DNA of 64,000 bases from Schizochytrium sp. TIO01 (taxonomy: Eukaryota > Protista > Bigyra: Labyrinthulomycetes), in the NCBI GenBank assembly GCA_004764695.1, contig SMSO01000032.1:186001-250000 (forward strand). The letters run 5' to 3'. Below, piece by piece: positions 1 to 11,068 of this stretch. The position numbers were made by a program, and so were the translations under genes. The notes beneath the pieces are model-generated. The model was not told where the DNA came from, did no database searches, and was given only the letters and a program-made list of their open reading frames with translations. Numbering within the stretch: the stretch's first letter is position 1; each line of letters starts with the position of its first letter.

Positions 1-2
1 GT

Positions 3-179
3 GTTGACAGCCTCCGTGTCGTCGATGCCTCCATCATGCCTCACATCACCAGTGGAAACTTGAACAGCCCCACCATCATGCTTGCCGAGAAGATCGCGGC
101 TAACGTGACCAAAACTGAACTGGCCCCTGAGCACGAGGACTACTTTGTGCACCCCGAGTGGGAGACCAAGCAGCGGTAA
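3..179 (+). CDS. 3' end of GMC oxidoreductase, choline dehydrogenase (BetA/CHDH)-like; 5'-truncated by window
   Basis: Frame 3 reads [32 protein letters not shown]...[21 protein letters not shown]...GN.N.PTIM.AEK is the GMC C-terminal motif, and the tail resembles choline dehydrogenases. TAA at 177-179. Confidence 0.88.
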   Translation, partial: VDSLRVVDASIMPHITSGNLNSPTIMLAEKIAANVTKTELAPEHEDYFVHPEWETKQR

Positions 180-770
180 ATTACATCCGTCTCTCAATGC
201 CTGCACTTATCTAACAAGAGACAATAAATTACAACCTGAGCTCTTATGTATCACGGAAGCCACCTCGAGCCTTGCGAGCCATAGGTGTACCTCCTTCGTT
301 TAGAGCGTCCTCACACGTTTTTAATTCTTCGTATGAATTAAAACCTATAAACACCTGTTTTTAGTCTTTGCTTACTTTATAACCTTTAAAAAAGAAAAAA
401 CAAACTTGATAAACCGAATATATATCGTTTGTGGAAATACAACTTTATCTGTCATGTGTGCATTTGATTGACTTGCTTTGCCAATGTTCACCTTCAGATA
501 TTACTTCTTTGTTAGGTACGTCAAGGAAATTACTTGAAGAAAGTTTACGCTTTGTGATATAACACCATTCCTTCTGTGGTAAACTTTCCCTATAATAGTC
601 ATACAAAAGAGTGACTAGGTTTTGGTAGTATCTTTTGAATTTCCTCTTTCTCAAATTTGACCTGCTTTTTTATTTTAGGGGAAAATATGACAGCTACTGA
701 AGATTGTTCGTTTGACACAAGGAAGAGTAAAAAACATGTCAACTGCAGCTATTTTAAATACTCAGATATC

Positions 771-792
771 GGGGGGGGGGGGGGGGGGGGGG
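771..792. repeat. G22 homopolymer (potential G-quadruplex)
   Basis: 22 consecutive G, 4 nt beyond the stop of the minus-strand ORF 797..4576. Confidence 0.95.
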
Positions 793-796
793 TGGC

Positions 797-3700
797 TTAG
801 GAGGCCTCCTCCATTTCGTGGCAAGTCAAACCAGCTTTGTTGATAATTTTATCATTTGCACCAGCACGACGTAACATAAAGAAAATTCGTTTCAGGTCGT
901 ACGCCTTCGCAAAGTGCATAGCTGTCTGTCCTGTCATGTTTTGCAAATCCACATTGACACCTCGATCGAGGAGAATCTGTACATAGTCATCGTGGCCATT
1001 CTGCACAGCAACATGCAAAAGGGAATTCTGACAATCATCCACAATATTTATGTCGATCTCGCTCGGATTATCACTAACAAACTTTACAATCCCAACTTCG
1101 TCATCACTTTCACCAGGCACATAAATTTTAGTGCCACTTAGAAAGGCAAGAAAATCATCTGTGCGATGCCATCGACAGCGCGAAAAAATCGGATGAATAA
1201 CTTTTTTCCGCTTGTTTTTAAGTTTAGCCCGAAATATACTTCCGTTGGGATCATCATCCGAGATACCAAGAATCTCTCGCATGCGTAATTTCCAGCGCAT
1301 AAGGAATTGAACAGAGCCTAGTGCTGTAGAAACCTCCTTATCCCGGCGCACCTTGTCCAGCTCATATCGCAATAACCAATAAGCATACCAGCATGCTTGC
1401 TCAATCTCGGAGGGCATTCTGCGAGCAACTCCAGATGCACTGTTTAATGATGATGACGATGGCGTTGGCAGTGTAGGCACATCTTGTTCTGCATCACGAG
1501 GCTGTGCTTCAAGTTTTGAGTTTGCGATAATAATCAAGTGAGTCACATGACGCATGCGCTGCCGGTGAGCTACAACCTGGGCCTCCAAGGCTGGTGTGCT
1601 GGCACTTGAATCAAGCATCTGAATGGCGAGCTGAACATCCATAGCATCAGCGTCCCAAATAGATTTCAACCTTTGCAAAGACATATCCTCTTCCTTGAAC
1701 ACGCCATGTGTTTTCGCGAGTTTTGCGATTCCACCCTCCCCATTCTCCCAGTCAGCTGCTGAGAAAACATCAAGCTCAAAGCAAGCTGCAACGAAATCAT
1801 CATGTTGTACGGTCTCAGAGTTGGCACCACGCTTAAGGGCGTTATCATAAACCACTTCAACACGACGCTTACTAAGGCCTGGGTTAATCGCTCGAACAGC
1901 AATAGAAAACGCGGGTGCTGCTAAGATTCCATCTTGTGCCGAGTCAGCTGCTACAAATAGAGCTCCTAGTCGAGTAAGAACGCGTTCTTTAGCATTTTGC
2001 CAATGCTCGAGAAACAACTCTGTAACCTCATCAACAGGCAAAAGATCAAGTGTTGATCCACGAGAAGCCCCCTTAGGCAAGGAATAAAGCTTGGGATTGA
2101 GGCGCAATTGAACCATTAAGTTAGTCTGTAACTTACTCCACAGTTGTTCTCGTCTAGATGGAGGCAGAATGCTCATGAGACGCCCAAAGTTTTCGTGTGT
2201 ATTGTTCACATCCACAAACAATCGGCCGGAATCTTTATCCTCTACAGGACCCTGAAGACACCCTTCTTGACCAGGTTCCAGTAAGATTGCAATCGTACTT
2301 TCGATGAAATCAAAATCACCAGGGTCGATGTTCCGCTTGCTCACTGCGGCTAGCGAGTCGTCAGGGGCTTGTTCAGTTCCGGTACCAGGACGGTCCATGT
2401 TGAGCATACGACAGAAAAGATCTGCGAGCACAGATTCATTTGCTGATGAGCGGCGAAGGCTATCAAGAAAGTCAACAAGTTTGGGCTCTGCAATTTGCGG
2501 AAGACCATACTTTCGACCGAAAAAATCATAGACATAGTTACGATACTCCTCGTAAGTAGATATCGGTCCAGCCGTCTCTTCATGATGATGATCAAGAAGA
2601 ATTTGTAGAATTAGTCGATTCACATTTTTCGTCGAGACCGGCTTACACTTGTAAATGACTGGGAGGCTGCTAATTAAAATAATGAACTCAGGTGGTACAA
2701 ATGGATTCGTTTTCTCATTGGCAAGCTTTCGTTTGGTAATCCATACACCTTTATGTAATACCCACCGTCTCTTGCTGTCACTAACGGTCGATTTTCGAAG
2801 TACAAGGTCGCTGCTGTCAACTTGCACACGCGCATCACGGGTGCGGGCCCGACCTGCGAGTCGGTGCTCGTAATTCACAGAATGTTCAAGATCTTTGAGG
2901 CCATTTACCATCGTGTCCAGCATATTCTTTGTGTTCGTGAGTAAAGTTTTGCGTTTTTCTTGATCCTTTCGTTCAGCTTCTTGCTGCTGTCGCTGCCTTG
3001 CTACTTTTCTTCGGTCACGCGATGCTGGTGTCGCAGTCTGAGGATTGTTCAAAAGCCCGCCACGAATACTATTCTTTCGAAGACGAGTACCAACATCACC
3101 AGTCATCGATACAAGTGCAACTGACGCTCCGCGAGCTAGACGAAACGATGCCTCCATGGATCGTTTTCTTAACTGTGTATTATTTCGTGTAGTTGCCACT
3201 GGTTTACTTGGTGTAAATACGCGAAAAATCTCATCTTGCAGTTCGCGATGTCTATCGAGAGCTTCATCCAGCTCCTTTTGCAATCGTTCCCGATCTTCCT
3301 CTGGTGTTGTACCTTCATGAGCATCCTCAACAAGATGTGCTAGGTTTATGATCTCTCGTACCATTCGACGATTTACGAGCGCAATAGTTTTGCGTTTTAG
3401 TTTACTTTCCTTAATTCGAAGTTTTTGGATGTCACCTTCCCGGATCATGATTTTCATTTTCTGATAGTTGAAGCGCGACTCTGCCATACGTAAACGACCT
3501 TGCAAATTTACAAGTTCTGTGCGGGCTTCCTTCTTACGTTGCGAGACGAGTGCGTCATGGCGAACCAAAGTCTCGCGAAGATTTTCTTCCAGGTTCGCTT
3601 GAGCCTCTTTAAGTGCAAGTTTCCGTTTGTTACGTTTTGATATGTGGCCATGACGAATTTGACCAAGGTCTCTAAATAACTGAAGCAATAGCTTCCAGAG

Positions 3701-4576
3701 ATTAGTAAACACCTCACCAAGCTTACGATTGGTAGCTTGAACTTTTGTTGTTAGGTTTTCCATACTTAACGTGAGGACTGTAAGAACTTCTCCAAAGGTT
3801 ATATCTGGAATCTCCATGCGCATACGTCGCATTGACTCAGTGAGCCACTTGCTGAGTACTGGGGGCAGTCCATCTCGCTCTAGATCTACGGTGGGAATTC
3901 TTGCAGATTGACTCGCATCCTTGCGTATAGGTTCGCGAGGTTCGACGGATTTCAGTGCCTGAACAGGAGATCTAGACTTGCTGATCTTCGTCGCGAGACC
4001 CTCTTCTTCGAGTAATTTTACAGGTCGTGCTGTAAATACGTCTATATCGTCTTCTTTCATACACATGTCAACAAGCTGGTGTGCACGCGCAAGGGCTTCG
4101 TCCTCAATTTTTACAACTCGATCGAGAACGCGGCGATCATATGTCGTTTTAATTCGGCCAAGTAACTGTGCCACCATCGGAAGACTTTCCATGAGAGCCT
4201 GCCACGCAATGCTTGCAATTTCGACGCGATCCAAGCCCTCCTTAGCTCCACCTTCACGCTTTACAGCCCATATCCGTGAGGTGAAATATGTCGAAATTTG
4301 ATCTAGCTTATCAGGTTTAAGGCGGAATAGAACTGCCTTTTGTTCCGTGAGAGCAATTCTTGCAGGGTCCACCGCTTCAAGCTGTCTCCAATCTCGCTTT
4401 AAGCGTTCTTGTCGTTTCCCATTAGCGATGGCTTTGGCTTCACGAGTGGATCTCTTTAAAAGCTTGGCGCGTAATCTCTCTGCTCGCCTTTCCCAGTGTG
4501 CAGCCTCTTCCTCATAGACCAATTCTTTTCCGTCTTGGTCATCGAATGGCCCTAGGCTCATTAACATGAGCGACAT
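797..4576 (-). CDS. 1259-aa coiled-coil protein with degenerate EF-hand region and C-terminal ankyrin repeats
   Basis: Long uninterrupted ORF. Ankyrin consensus in QNSLLHVAVQNGHDDYVQILLDRGVNVDLQNMTGQTAMHFA; EF-like LFVAADSAQDGIL; N-terminal heptads. Confidence 0.85.
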   Translation of the reverse strand: MSLMLMSLGPFDDQDGKELVYEEEAAHWERRAERLRAKLLKRSTREAKAIANGKRQERLKRDWRQLEAVDPARIALTEQKAVLFRLKPDKLDQISTYFTSRIWAVKREGGAKEGLDRVEIASIAWQALMESLPMVAQLLGRIKTTYDRRVLDRVVKIEDEALARAHQLVDMCMKEDDIDVFTARPVKLLEEEGLATKISKSRSPVQALKSVEPREPIRKDASQSARIPTVDLERDGLPPVLSKWLTESMRRMRMEIPDITFGEVLTVLTLSMENLTTKVQATNRKLGEVFTNLWKLLLQLFRDLGQIRHGHISKRNKRKLALKEAQANLEENLRETLVRHDALVSQRKKEARTELVNLQGRLRMAESRFNYQKMKIMIREGDIQKLRIKESKLKRKTIALVNRRMVREIINLAHLVEDAHEGTTPEEDRERLQKELDEALDRHRELQDEIFRVFTPSKPVATTRNNTQLRKRSMEASFRLARGASVALVSMTGDVGTRLRKNSIRGGLLNNPQTATPASRDRRKVARQRQQQEAERKDQEKRKTLLTNTKNMLDTMVNGLKDLEHSVNYEHRLAGRARTRDARVQVDSSDLVLRKSTVSDSKRRWVLHKGVWITKRKLANEKTNPFVPPEFIILISSLPVIYKCKPVSTKNVNRLILQILLDHHHEETAGPISTYEEYRNYVYDFFGRKYGLPQIAEPKLVDFLDSLRRSSANESVLADLFCRMLNMDRPGTGTEQAPDDSLAAVSKRNIDPGDFDFIESTIAILLEPGQEGCLQGPVEDKDSGRLFVDVNNTHENFGRLMSILPPSRREQLWSKLQTNLMVQLRLNPKLYSLPKGASRGSTLDLLPVDEVTELFLEHWQNAKERVLTRLGALFVAADSAQDGILAAPAFSIAVRAINPGLSKRRVEVVYDNALKRGANSETVQHDDFVAACFELDVFSAADWENGEGGIAKLAKTHGVFKEEDMSLQRLKSIWDADAMDVQLAIQMLDSSASTPALEAQVVAHRQRMRHVTHLIIIANSKLEAQPRDAEQDVPTLPTPSSSSLNSASGVARRMPSEIEQACWYAYWLLRYELDKVRRDKEVSTALGSVQFLMRWKLRMREILGISDDDPNGSIFRAKLKNKRKKVIHPIFSRCRWHRTDDFLAFLSGTKIYVPGESDDEVGIVKFVSDNPSEIDINIVDDCQNSLLHVAVQNGHDDYVQILLDRGVNVDLQNMTGQTAMHFAKAYDLKRIFFMLRRAGANDKIINKAGLTCHEMEEAS

Positions 4577-5321
4577 TTTCCTTTCTGCACAGTCTCGCTA
4601 CCGGTGCAGCTCAAGATGCGCCAAGGTTTGCGAGAATCTCGCAGCACCACTGCAATATTCGCATGGTTTGTATTCGCATAGCTCTTCATCAGTTTCGAAT
4701 AATACTGAAAGACCTCCGCAAAGGGTGTGTACCCATATAGAATGACTGTAGTTAACGTTTCACCTGCTAAGATGCGGAGGTGGGGAATCAAAATGCAAAG
4801 TCTTTTCTCTTCATTGCCAACACGAGTTGGCGCACGAGGACGCTCTATCGCGCAAGTATTGACAGGCTGATTATGTTAGAAACCAAACAATCATGTTGTT
4901 GTTATGTTATGTTATGCTGTGCAAAGAGCTGAAGCTCTTCGTTAGCCTTTTATAATTTCCTCATCCGGTCTAAGCCCGAATGACCCGACTCAAATCAAAC
5001 GAAGATCTAAAACTCAAACAACTGAGACAGGATATACCTGCTATCATATATTCGGCTTCCTAGGTCACATGTGCAAGCATAACCTGCAATCGCCTTCAGA
5101 CCCTTGCGATGGTTCCTGCCATCCTATTACTGATGATCGTGAAATAAGGCTGACCGAGAAGAAAAACAAATAAAAGAGATGTGGGAAGTCCCAACTAACC
5201 GTTGAAAAGAAAGAGTCCCATGAGTAAATAAGGAGGGAATGCAATTCACTCTGACGCAAATCAATTCGCCAAGCTCCGGAGTGGCGTTGGGGCCTCGCAT
5301 GAGTGGGCGTGTGAGCCAGAA

Positions 5322-6392
5322 ATGTCTGCTCCGCCACGCCGGCCGAGACCTGCGTCGGCAGGCCCGGCACGGAGGACTCCAGGTTCTTCTGCTAATAACC
5401 AAGCTGTGTCGAGTGAGGAAGCGCCCTTTAAGCCGAGACGAAGACCTCAAAGCGCCAGCCTTGCGAGTCGCAAGCGCGTAGAAGCGATATCTGCTGCTGG
5501 GGGTGGAGCAGCTGCTGTTCGATTGCGTAGGAAAAAGAAGCAACGTCCTCGAACAGCCCCTGTGAGAGGTCGAAAGGCTGGATTCGACGAGACAAACCCC
5601 GATTGCTGGCTACAAACCCTGCAAAAAAATGGACTTCTTGAAGAACCACTTGGCAGTGAATATGAGCCTATATACACTGTTTCACATCATTATTTGCAAG
5701 AAGAAGCTCGCCGAAAGCGGAAAAGCAACAATAAACTGCTTGAGGATATTCGTGTGGAGCAAAATCAGTATGAAAAGATCACTCAGCAGCGTATGGCCGA
5801 GGCGACACGGTGGGCCCAGTACCTAGATTTGCGTCGTAAATATAATCCTATTTACATTCGAGCTGATGAGACGAGCGGGGCGCCCGGCTCTGTGGGACGA
5901 ATGTTTGGCTATATGGGTGAACTGCGCTGTGAGATAGTTGCCAAAGAAGATAGCCAAAGCCGGATCATTTCGTGTGCACTTTTTGATCGTGAGTATGAAC
6001 GTTTACAGAACACATATAATCGTAAGCTCAAGGAAGATAAAGCCGCATCAGCCAAGGCAAAGTCCCTTGCCTTAGTCACTTCAAACAATGGTGCTGAAAC
6101 AGAGCGCGCTTTGACAGGTCGGCGCCAGCCTTTCAAACACACTACAACAAGACGGATTTTAGCTATTACAAATGGTGCAACAACAAAAGGATCTAGTCCC
6201 ACCAGAGTAGCTAGTACTCGAGATTCAAGTAAATTACAAGTAGAGAAATATCACCGCGGTGATCCAGCACAAATTGATGAGGTTACTCGGGAGCTGCATT
6301 CTGTATTAGATGAAATTTCTAACATGGACCAAGCCCTGCGCTCTCAGCAGCAACTTCTCAAAGACAACGGCTGGAACATCAAATTCACATAG
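5322..6392 (+). CDS. Hypothetical 356-aa basic protein with RPxSA/RPxTA motifs and C-terminal coiled coil
   Basis: ATG-initiated ORF, divergent from 797..4576, followed by an AT-rich 3' region. No family recognised. Confidence 0.75.
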   Translation: MSAPPRRPRPASAGPARRTPGSSANNQAVSSEEAPFKPRRRPQSASLASRKRVEAISAAGGGAAAVRLRRKKKQRPRTAPVRGRKAGFDETNPDCWLQTLQKNGLLEEPLGSEYEPIYTVSHHYLQEEARRKRKSNNKLLEDIRVEQNQYEKITQQRMAEATRWAQYLDLRRKYNPIYIRADETSGAPGSVGRMFGYMGELRCEIVAKEDSQSRIISCALFDREYERLQNTYNRKLKEDKAASAKAKSLALVTSNNGAETERALTGRRQPFKHTTTRRILAITNGATTKGSSPTRVASTRDSSKLQVEKYHRGDPAQIDEVTRELHSVLDEISNMDQALRSQQQLLKDNGWNIKFT

Positions 6393-6851
6393 GCTAACCA
6401 AGCTGTTTTACCTCTTGTTGTATCTCCTTTGCACACTTATGTACACCTTCTACGTATCCACGAAGTGATTCGGACCCAATCGCTGACTTCTTTTTTTTGT
6501 TTGCGCCTTATGTTTCTTACGTTTGTAATACTAAAAATCACATTTCTGCCTAGGCTTTAAGCTTTAGCTCCTAGCCTGCTTTGTCCATATGTCCTTTCCC
6601 GCCCCATTTCATACACGTAAAATCTTAGCAGGGTTCCGCATGGCATATGACCGTATCTTGGCCCGTCCATGACATTCATTGGTAACATTGATCTCGTTCC
6701 AAAAGTTCTGCCAACCTGGCAAATGAAGAGATGCACGAAAAAGAAATAATAAGGAGAACCAAAAAAACTAAATTAAAATAAAAAAAACTCTTTTTGAGTT
6801 GGGTAGTGCAGTTCCAGGTCATCGTCCAGACTCGCTTCAACTAATTGCCAG

Positions 6852-6970
6852 GTAAGTGACCTGCTGTCCTATGGGCTGCTTGCATCTTGTTTACACAGGC
6901 TTGAGCGAGCAGGGACACTTTTAGGCTCTGAGTGACTGACATAACGCTCTCTGACGCAGATTTTGTTTAG
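6852..6970 (+). other. Probable 5'-UTR spliceosomal intron of the PDI-like gene
   Basis: CAG|GTAAGT donor at 6852, CTGAC branch-like motifs at about 6936 and 6952, TTTTGTTTAG acceptor ending 6970, 30 nt before the ATG. Confidence 0.55.
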
Positions 6971-7000
6971 CTTACCGGTTCAAGACATCGTCAACTCAAG

Positions 7001-7790
7001 ATGGGACGTGCAGCTGCTCTCCTTTGCATGGTTCTGGCCGTCGCCTGCTCTCTGCCAGGCATGGCCCGCGCTGAAGATGTTGTTTCGTTGACGCCTGATA
7101 ACTTTGATGACATCGTTGTCAACTCTGGCAAGAACACCTTTGTCAAGTTTTTTGCGCCCTGGTGGTAAGTAGTAGCTTCGAAACCCCATATTGAAGATCG
7201 CTTCAACTCAAACGTTCATCACGCATGCATGTAAAATAGACGTTTTGCAGGAAAGTAAAACATGATAAGTCGTGAGGTTTTCATGTGACGGTGTTATGTT
7301 GGAATGGAAAACTCACGAGACTGTTGGGGCGTTATTCTTTTGACCTTTTTATAGCGGACACTGCAAGCGTATGGCCCCGGATTACTCAACATTGGCCACT
7401 GAGTTCAAGGACTCTAGCTCTGTAACTGTTGCTGAGGTAGACTGTACTGAGCACCAGAGTCTCTGCTCTGAACATGGCGTGACTGGCTTCCCGACTCTCA
7501 AGTCCTTTAAGGCCTCCAAGGAGGGCGAGGCTTACAGTAGTGGTCGTAGCCTCGAACAGATGCGCTCGCACATCAAGGATAATCTCGATCTTGGATGCCA
7601 GGTCTCCAGCATTGACAGCTGCACTGACAAGGAAAAGTCCTACCATGAAAAATGGTCTGCCAAGACTGCCGAGGAGCTCAGCAAGGAGCTCGAGCGCCTC
7701 AAGGGCATGACCGGAAAGACTATGAAAGCCGAGCTTAAGCAGTGGCTTCTCTCTCGTATCAGCATCCTTACCCAGCTTGTTTCTGCCTAA
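7001..7790 (+). CDS. PDI-like single thioredoxin-domain protein with signal peptide and ERp29C-like helical tail; exons 7001-7164 and 7355-7790 (199 aa)
   Basis: Signal peptide MGRAAALLCMVLAVACSLPGMARA-EDVVSLTPDNFD...FVKFFAPW. A GTAAGT...TTTTTATAG intron (7165-7354) restores WCGHCKRMAP. AEVDCT and GFPTLK follow. Confidence 0.93.
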
Positions 7791-8309
7791 GCAATCATAG
7801 CAGCACTCCGCTACCGTTGAATTGAGTTGATTTCCACATTTTTTCATTTCATCGTCAATAATTGCCATCATTTTGGCAGTGATGATCATGAGCTTGTTCA
7901 ACACAGTTACATCTTCTCTAACCCCTTCCTCCTACCTTACAGCGATAATGTCGTGTCCTACGACAGCACTGCGCTTGGCACCTTAAGCGTACTATCAATT
8001 CACAGCTTCATAGCGCATATGTTGCACCGATAAACGCATCTCAATCAAGAAATTCATTCTAAATCCTTTACAAAACACGCGGATGAAATGGACAAGTCTG
8101 TTGCTACGAGTCCAAGTGTACACGCGTGTCAGCCGTACATAACCTAGCCATTCATAGAAAGACCATGATCTTATTTTCTATTTCCTACAGCTCCTGCTAA
8201 AACTTGACATCCTCCTCCTAATAACCACATTTCGCATACTAATACATCAAATCAGAAGTCTATACTCGATAGCTACTGCCCATATACTCTACTTATTTAT
8301 CCCAAGTTA

Positions 8310-8337
8310 AAGTGAGGTATATAGGTATACTTCACTT
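8310..8337. promoter_or_regulatory. Inverted repeat upstream of SRP54 (12-bp arms, TAGG spacer)
   Basis: AAGTGAGGTATA-TAGG-TATACTTCACTT, one mismatch. Precedes an A-rich tract and a CpG-rich island (about 8440-8600). Confidence 0.45.
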
Positions 8338-8862
8338 GTAAGAGTCGTATATTTCACTTACGTAAAGTGCAAATACAAAAATAAGATGTGCAGCCAAAAA
8401 GCAGAAGAAATAAAGAAAGTAAGTGAGCAAGGAAACACCCAACTCCGACGCCGCCGTTTCCGCGCGTCATCGACGGGACCTTTGGAGCGCGAGGACGCCG
8501 CTCCATCCGCGCCAATCTCCACTTCTTCCCTTCCTCCGCGCGCTGCTTCAAGTGGTGCCGGTACGCCAAGTCATCTGCCAGCCTTGCTGCATCGAGATCA
8601 ACAGCAATAAAACAGCGGATTCGTTGCTCTCCGTCACCTTATTTTCGACCTCTTCAATTGCTGTTTGCGCAGCTCCGTTTATATCTCACTCCTTTAATTT
8701 ACTCACTGCTGGTCGTGATCGTGTTGGTTGTGGTATTCTGAATTGAAGATCGTAGCTATAGCCTGTCGATTTGCGTAGGTTCTTCTCGAGAGGTCGCCCG
8801 CATATTTCCCCATATACGTTCATATACTTTGATTTCGTAAAAACAACTTTTCAGGGGAGACC

Positions 8863-10467
8863 ATGGTGCTTCAAGAGCTTGGCGCCAAGATCAATGGCGC
8901 TCTTAACAAGCTGAACGCTGCGTCTGTTGTGGACGAGGAGGCCGTGGATACTGTGTTGAAGGAGATTGCCGCTGCTCTGTTGCTTTCTGATGTGAACGTT
9001 CGCACAGTAGCTGAAATGCGCACCAACATCAAACGTGAGGTTATGAAGGATGAATCTCGCGCGGGTTCAACTACAAAGGCCCGTCAGATTCGCAATGCTG
9101 TTTTCAATGAGCTCGTGAGATTGCTGTCGCCTGACGTGGAGCCCTACAAACCTGTCAAGGGCAAGGCAAACGTCTTTATGTTCGTTGGTCTCCAGGGTGC
9201 TGGTAAGACCACCTCGATTGCCAAATTTGCCAACTATTGGGCTCGTAAGGGCTGGAAGACTGCCATGGTGTGCTGTGATACCTTCCGTGCAGGAGCTTTG
9301 GATCAAATGAAGCAAAACGCTATCAAGTTGCGTATTCCGTACTTTGGTAACCCCCTTGAGGCTGACCCAGTCAAACTTGCAGAGGAGGGTACCGAACATT
9401 TTCGCAAGGAGGGCTACGAGATTATTCTTGTTGATACTTCTGGTCGTCACCAGCAGGAGGCTGAGCTTTTCGAAGAAATGGAGCAAGTCATGGATGTTGT
9501 TGCCCCGGATGAGGTGATCTTCGTTATGGATTCTACAATTGGCCAGGCTGTTGCAGATCAGGCCCTTGCATTTAAAGAGAGTGTCCCTGTCGGATCTGTC
9601 ATCATCACCAAGCTTGATGGTCATGCCAAGGGTGGTGGTGCCCTGTCCGCTGTGGCAGCAACCAATGCTCCTATCACTTTTATTGGTCTCGGTGAACATT
9701 TTGACGAACTCGAGCGCTTCGATGCTCGATCTTTTGTGAGCCGCTTGATGGGCCTTGGTGATATGCGTGGTTTCATGGAGAAGCTTGCTGACACGAAGGC
9801 CTTGGAAAAGTCTCCTGAGATGATGGAGCGTCTTCAAAAAGGTCAGTTCACACTTCGCGATCTCCGTGATCAGTTCAAGACTATCCTCAGTATGGGCAGC
9901 CTTGGCCAGTTGGTGAGCATGATCCCTGGTCTCTCCCAGATGATGCAGGGTCAGGACCCTTCATTGGCCCAAAAGAACATTGAGGGATTCATGAACTGCT
10001 TTGACTCCATGACAGAAGATGAGCTTGATGGTATCTACCGTTCTCGCGTCCCGGATCCTAAGAACCCTGGCAAGTACATGGTTGTATACGAGAAGCAAAT
10101 CTCTGAGTCCCGTTTGCGGCGTATTGCAAAGGGATCAGGTGTACCTTTGCAGCGTTTGTACATGCTCATTCAGCAGCACAAGCAGTTCGAGGGTATGGTT
10201 GGGAAGCTTGGTAAGAAGGGTCTTATGAACGATTCCCGCATGCAGCAGCAGATGCAGCGTAACCCCAACCAGCTCATGCAACAATTGCAAGGTGCTATGG
10301 ACCCCCGAATGTTGCAGCAGATGGGCGGCATGGGCAACATGATGGAGATGTTTAAGGGCATGACTGAGGGTGGTGGTATGGCTGACATGATGAAGCAAAT
10401 GGGTCTGGGTGGCGGTTTCCCTGGCGCGGGCCGCGGCGGTATGGCTGCCCGCGGAAGGAGGCGCTAA
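8863..10467 (+). CDS. SRP54: Signal recognition particle 54 kDa GTPase
   Basis: MVLQELG start; G1 GLQGAGKTT, DTFRAGA, DTSGRH, TKLDGHAKGGGALS; M domain FTLRD and RIAKGSG; Met/Gly-rich tail. Confidence 0.98.
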   Translation: MVLQELGAKINGALNKLNAASVVDEEAVDTVLKEIAAALLLSDVNVRTVAEMRTNIKREVMKDESRAGSTTKARQIRNAVFNELVRLLSPDVEPYKPVKGKANVFMFVGLQGAGKTTSIAKFANYWARKGWKTAMVCCDTFRAGALDQMKQNAIKLRIPYFGNPLEADPVKLAEEGTEHFRKEGYEIILVDTSGRHQQEAELFEEMEQVMDVVAPDEVIFVMDSTIGQAVADQALAFKESVPVGSVIITKLDGHAKGGGALSAVAATNAPITFIGLGEHFDELERFDARSFVSRLMGLGDMRGFMEKLADTKALEKSPEMMERLQKGQFTLRDLRDQFKTILSMGSLGQLVSMIPGLSQMMQGQDPSLAQKNIEGFMNCFDSMTEDELDGIYRSRVPDPKNPGKYMVVYEKQISESRLRRIAKGSGVPLQRLYMLIQQHKQFEGMVGKLGKKGLMNDSRMQQQMQRNPNQLMQQLQGAMDPRMLQQMGGMGNMMEMFKGMTEGGGMADMMKQMGLGGGFPGAGRGGMAARGRRR

Positions 10468-11068
10468 TTATTCCGTAAACTGAAACGCAAAGCTACGTTC
10501 AAATAACCTCTTTTACTCCATAGATCCTTCCTTAACCTATCCTTGCTTTCTTCAGATTGAACCAGAAAAAGGTACCGAGTTTGCAAAAGACATGCCTGCT
10601 TTCTGTGGTACATTAAAGTTCGGGGAACAAGTGTGCCTCTCTCTGTTATTTCGTGGCGTTCTTGCTGAACATCTTTTGCATAAACACATTACACAACTAG
10701 GATATTCGCAACCAGCCAATAAGCAAGAAAGTCAACGAGCACACATACTAAATACCTACATACCTATCTAGCAAAACCAGAAATGACATTTTTTTTTGAT
10801 AAACTACTATTATTACATGGATACTTGTGTTGATGTCTAACCTCATCTTTAACAATCCTATGAAGCAAGCTCTCTTCGCTTTTTCATACCTTTCTTGCTA
10901 CTATGAATTTAATTTATTATAATATTGAGGATGGTGCCAAAAACGTGATTGATCATACCACAGTGTGTCTGTCTCTCTTGTTGCCTTAAAAAAATATGCA
11001 TTCTGCTTCTTTAGAAATTTTGTAAAAGTTGTAAAGCAATAACTCAAAGGATTTCTTTTCTTTTTTTT

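Noticed and set aside
7791-8200. SECIS element for the PDI-like gene
   Set aside because: The spliced codon is TGC, and no convincing AUGA/AA/GA stem was found.
9067-9837. 256-aa antisense ORF inside SRP54 (also 7386-7904, 15850-16491, 49227-49907 and similar)
   Set aside because: Shadow ORFs caused by codon bias of the real gene on the opposite strand; no motifs.
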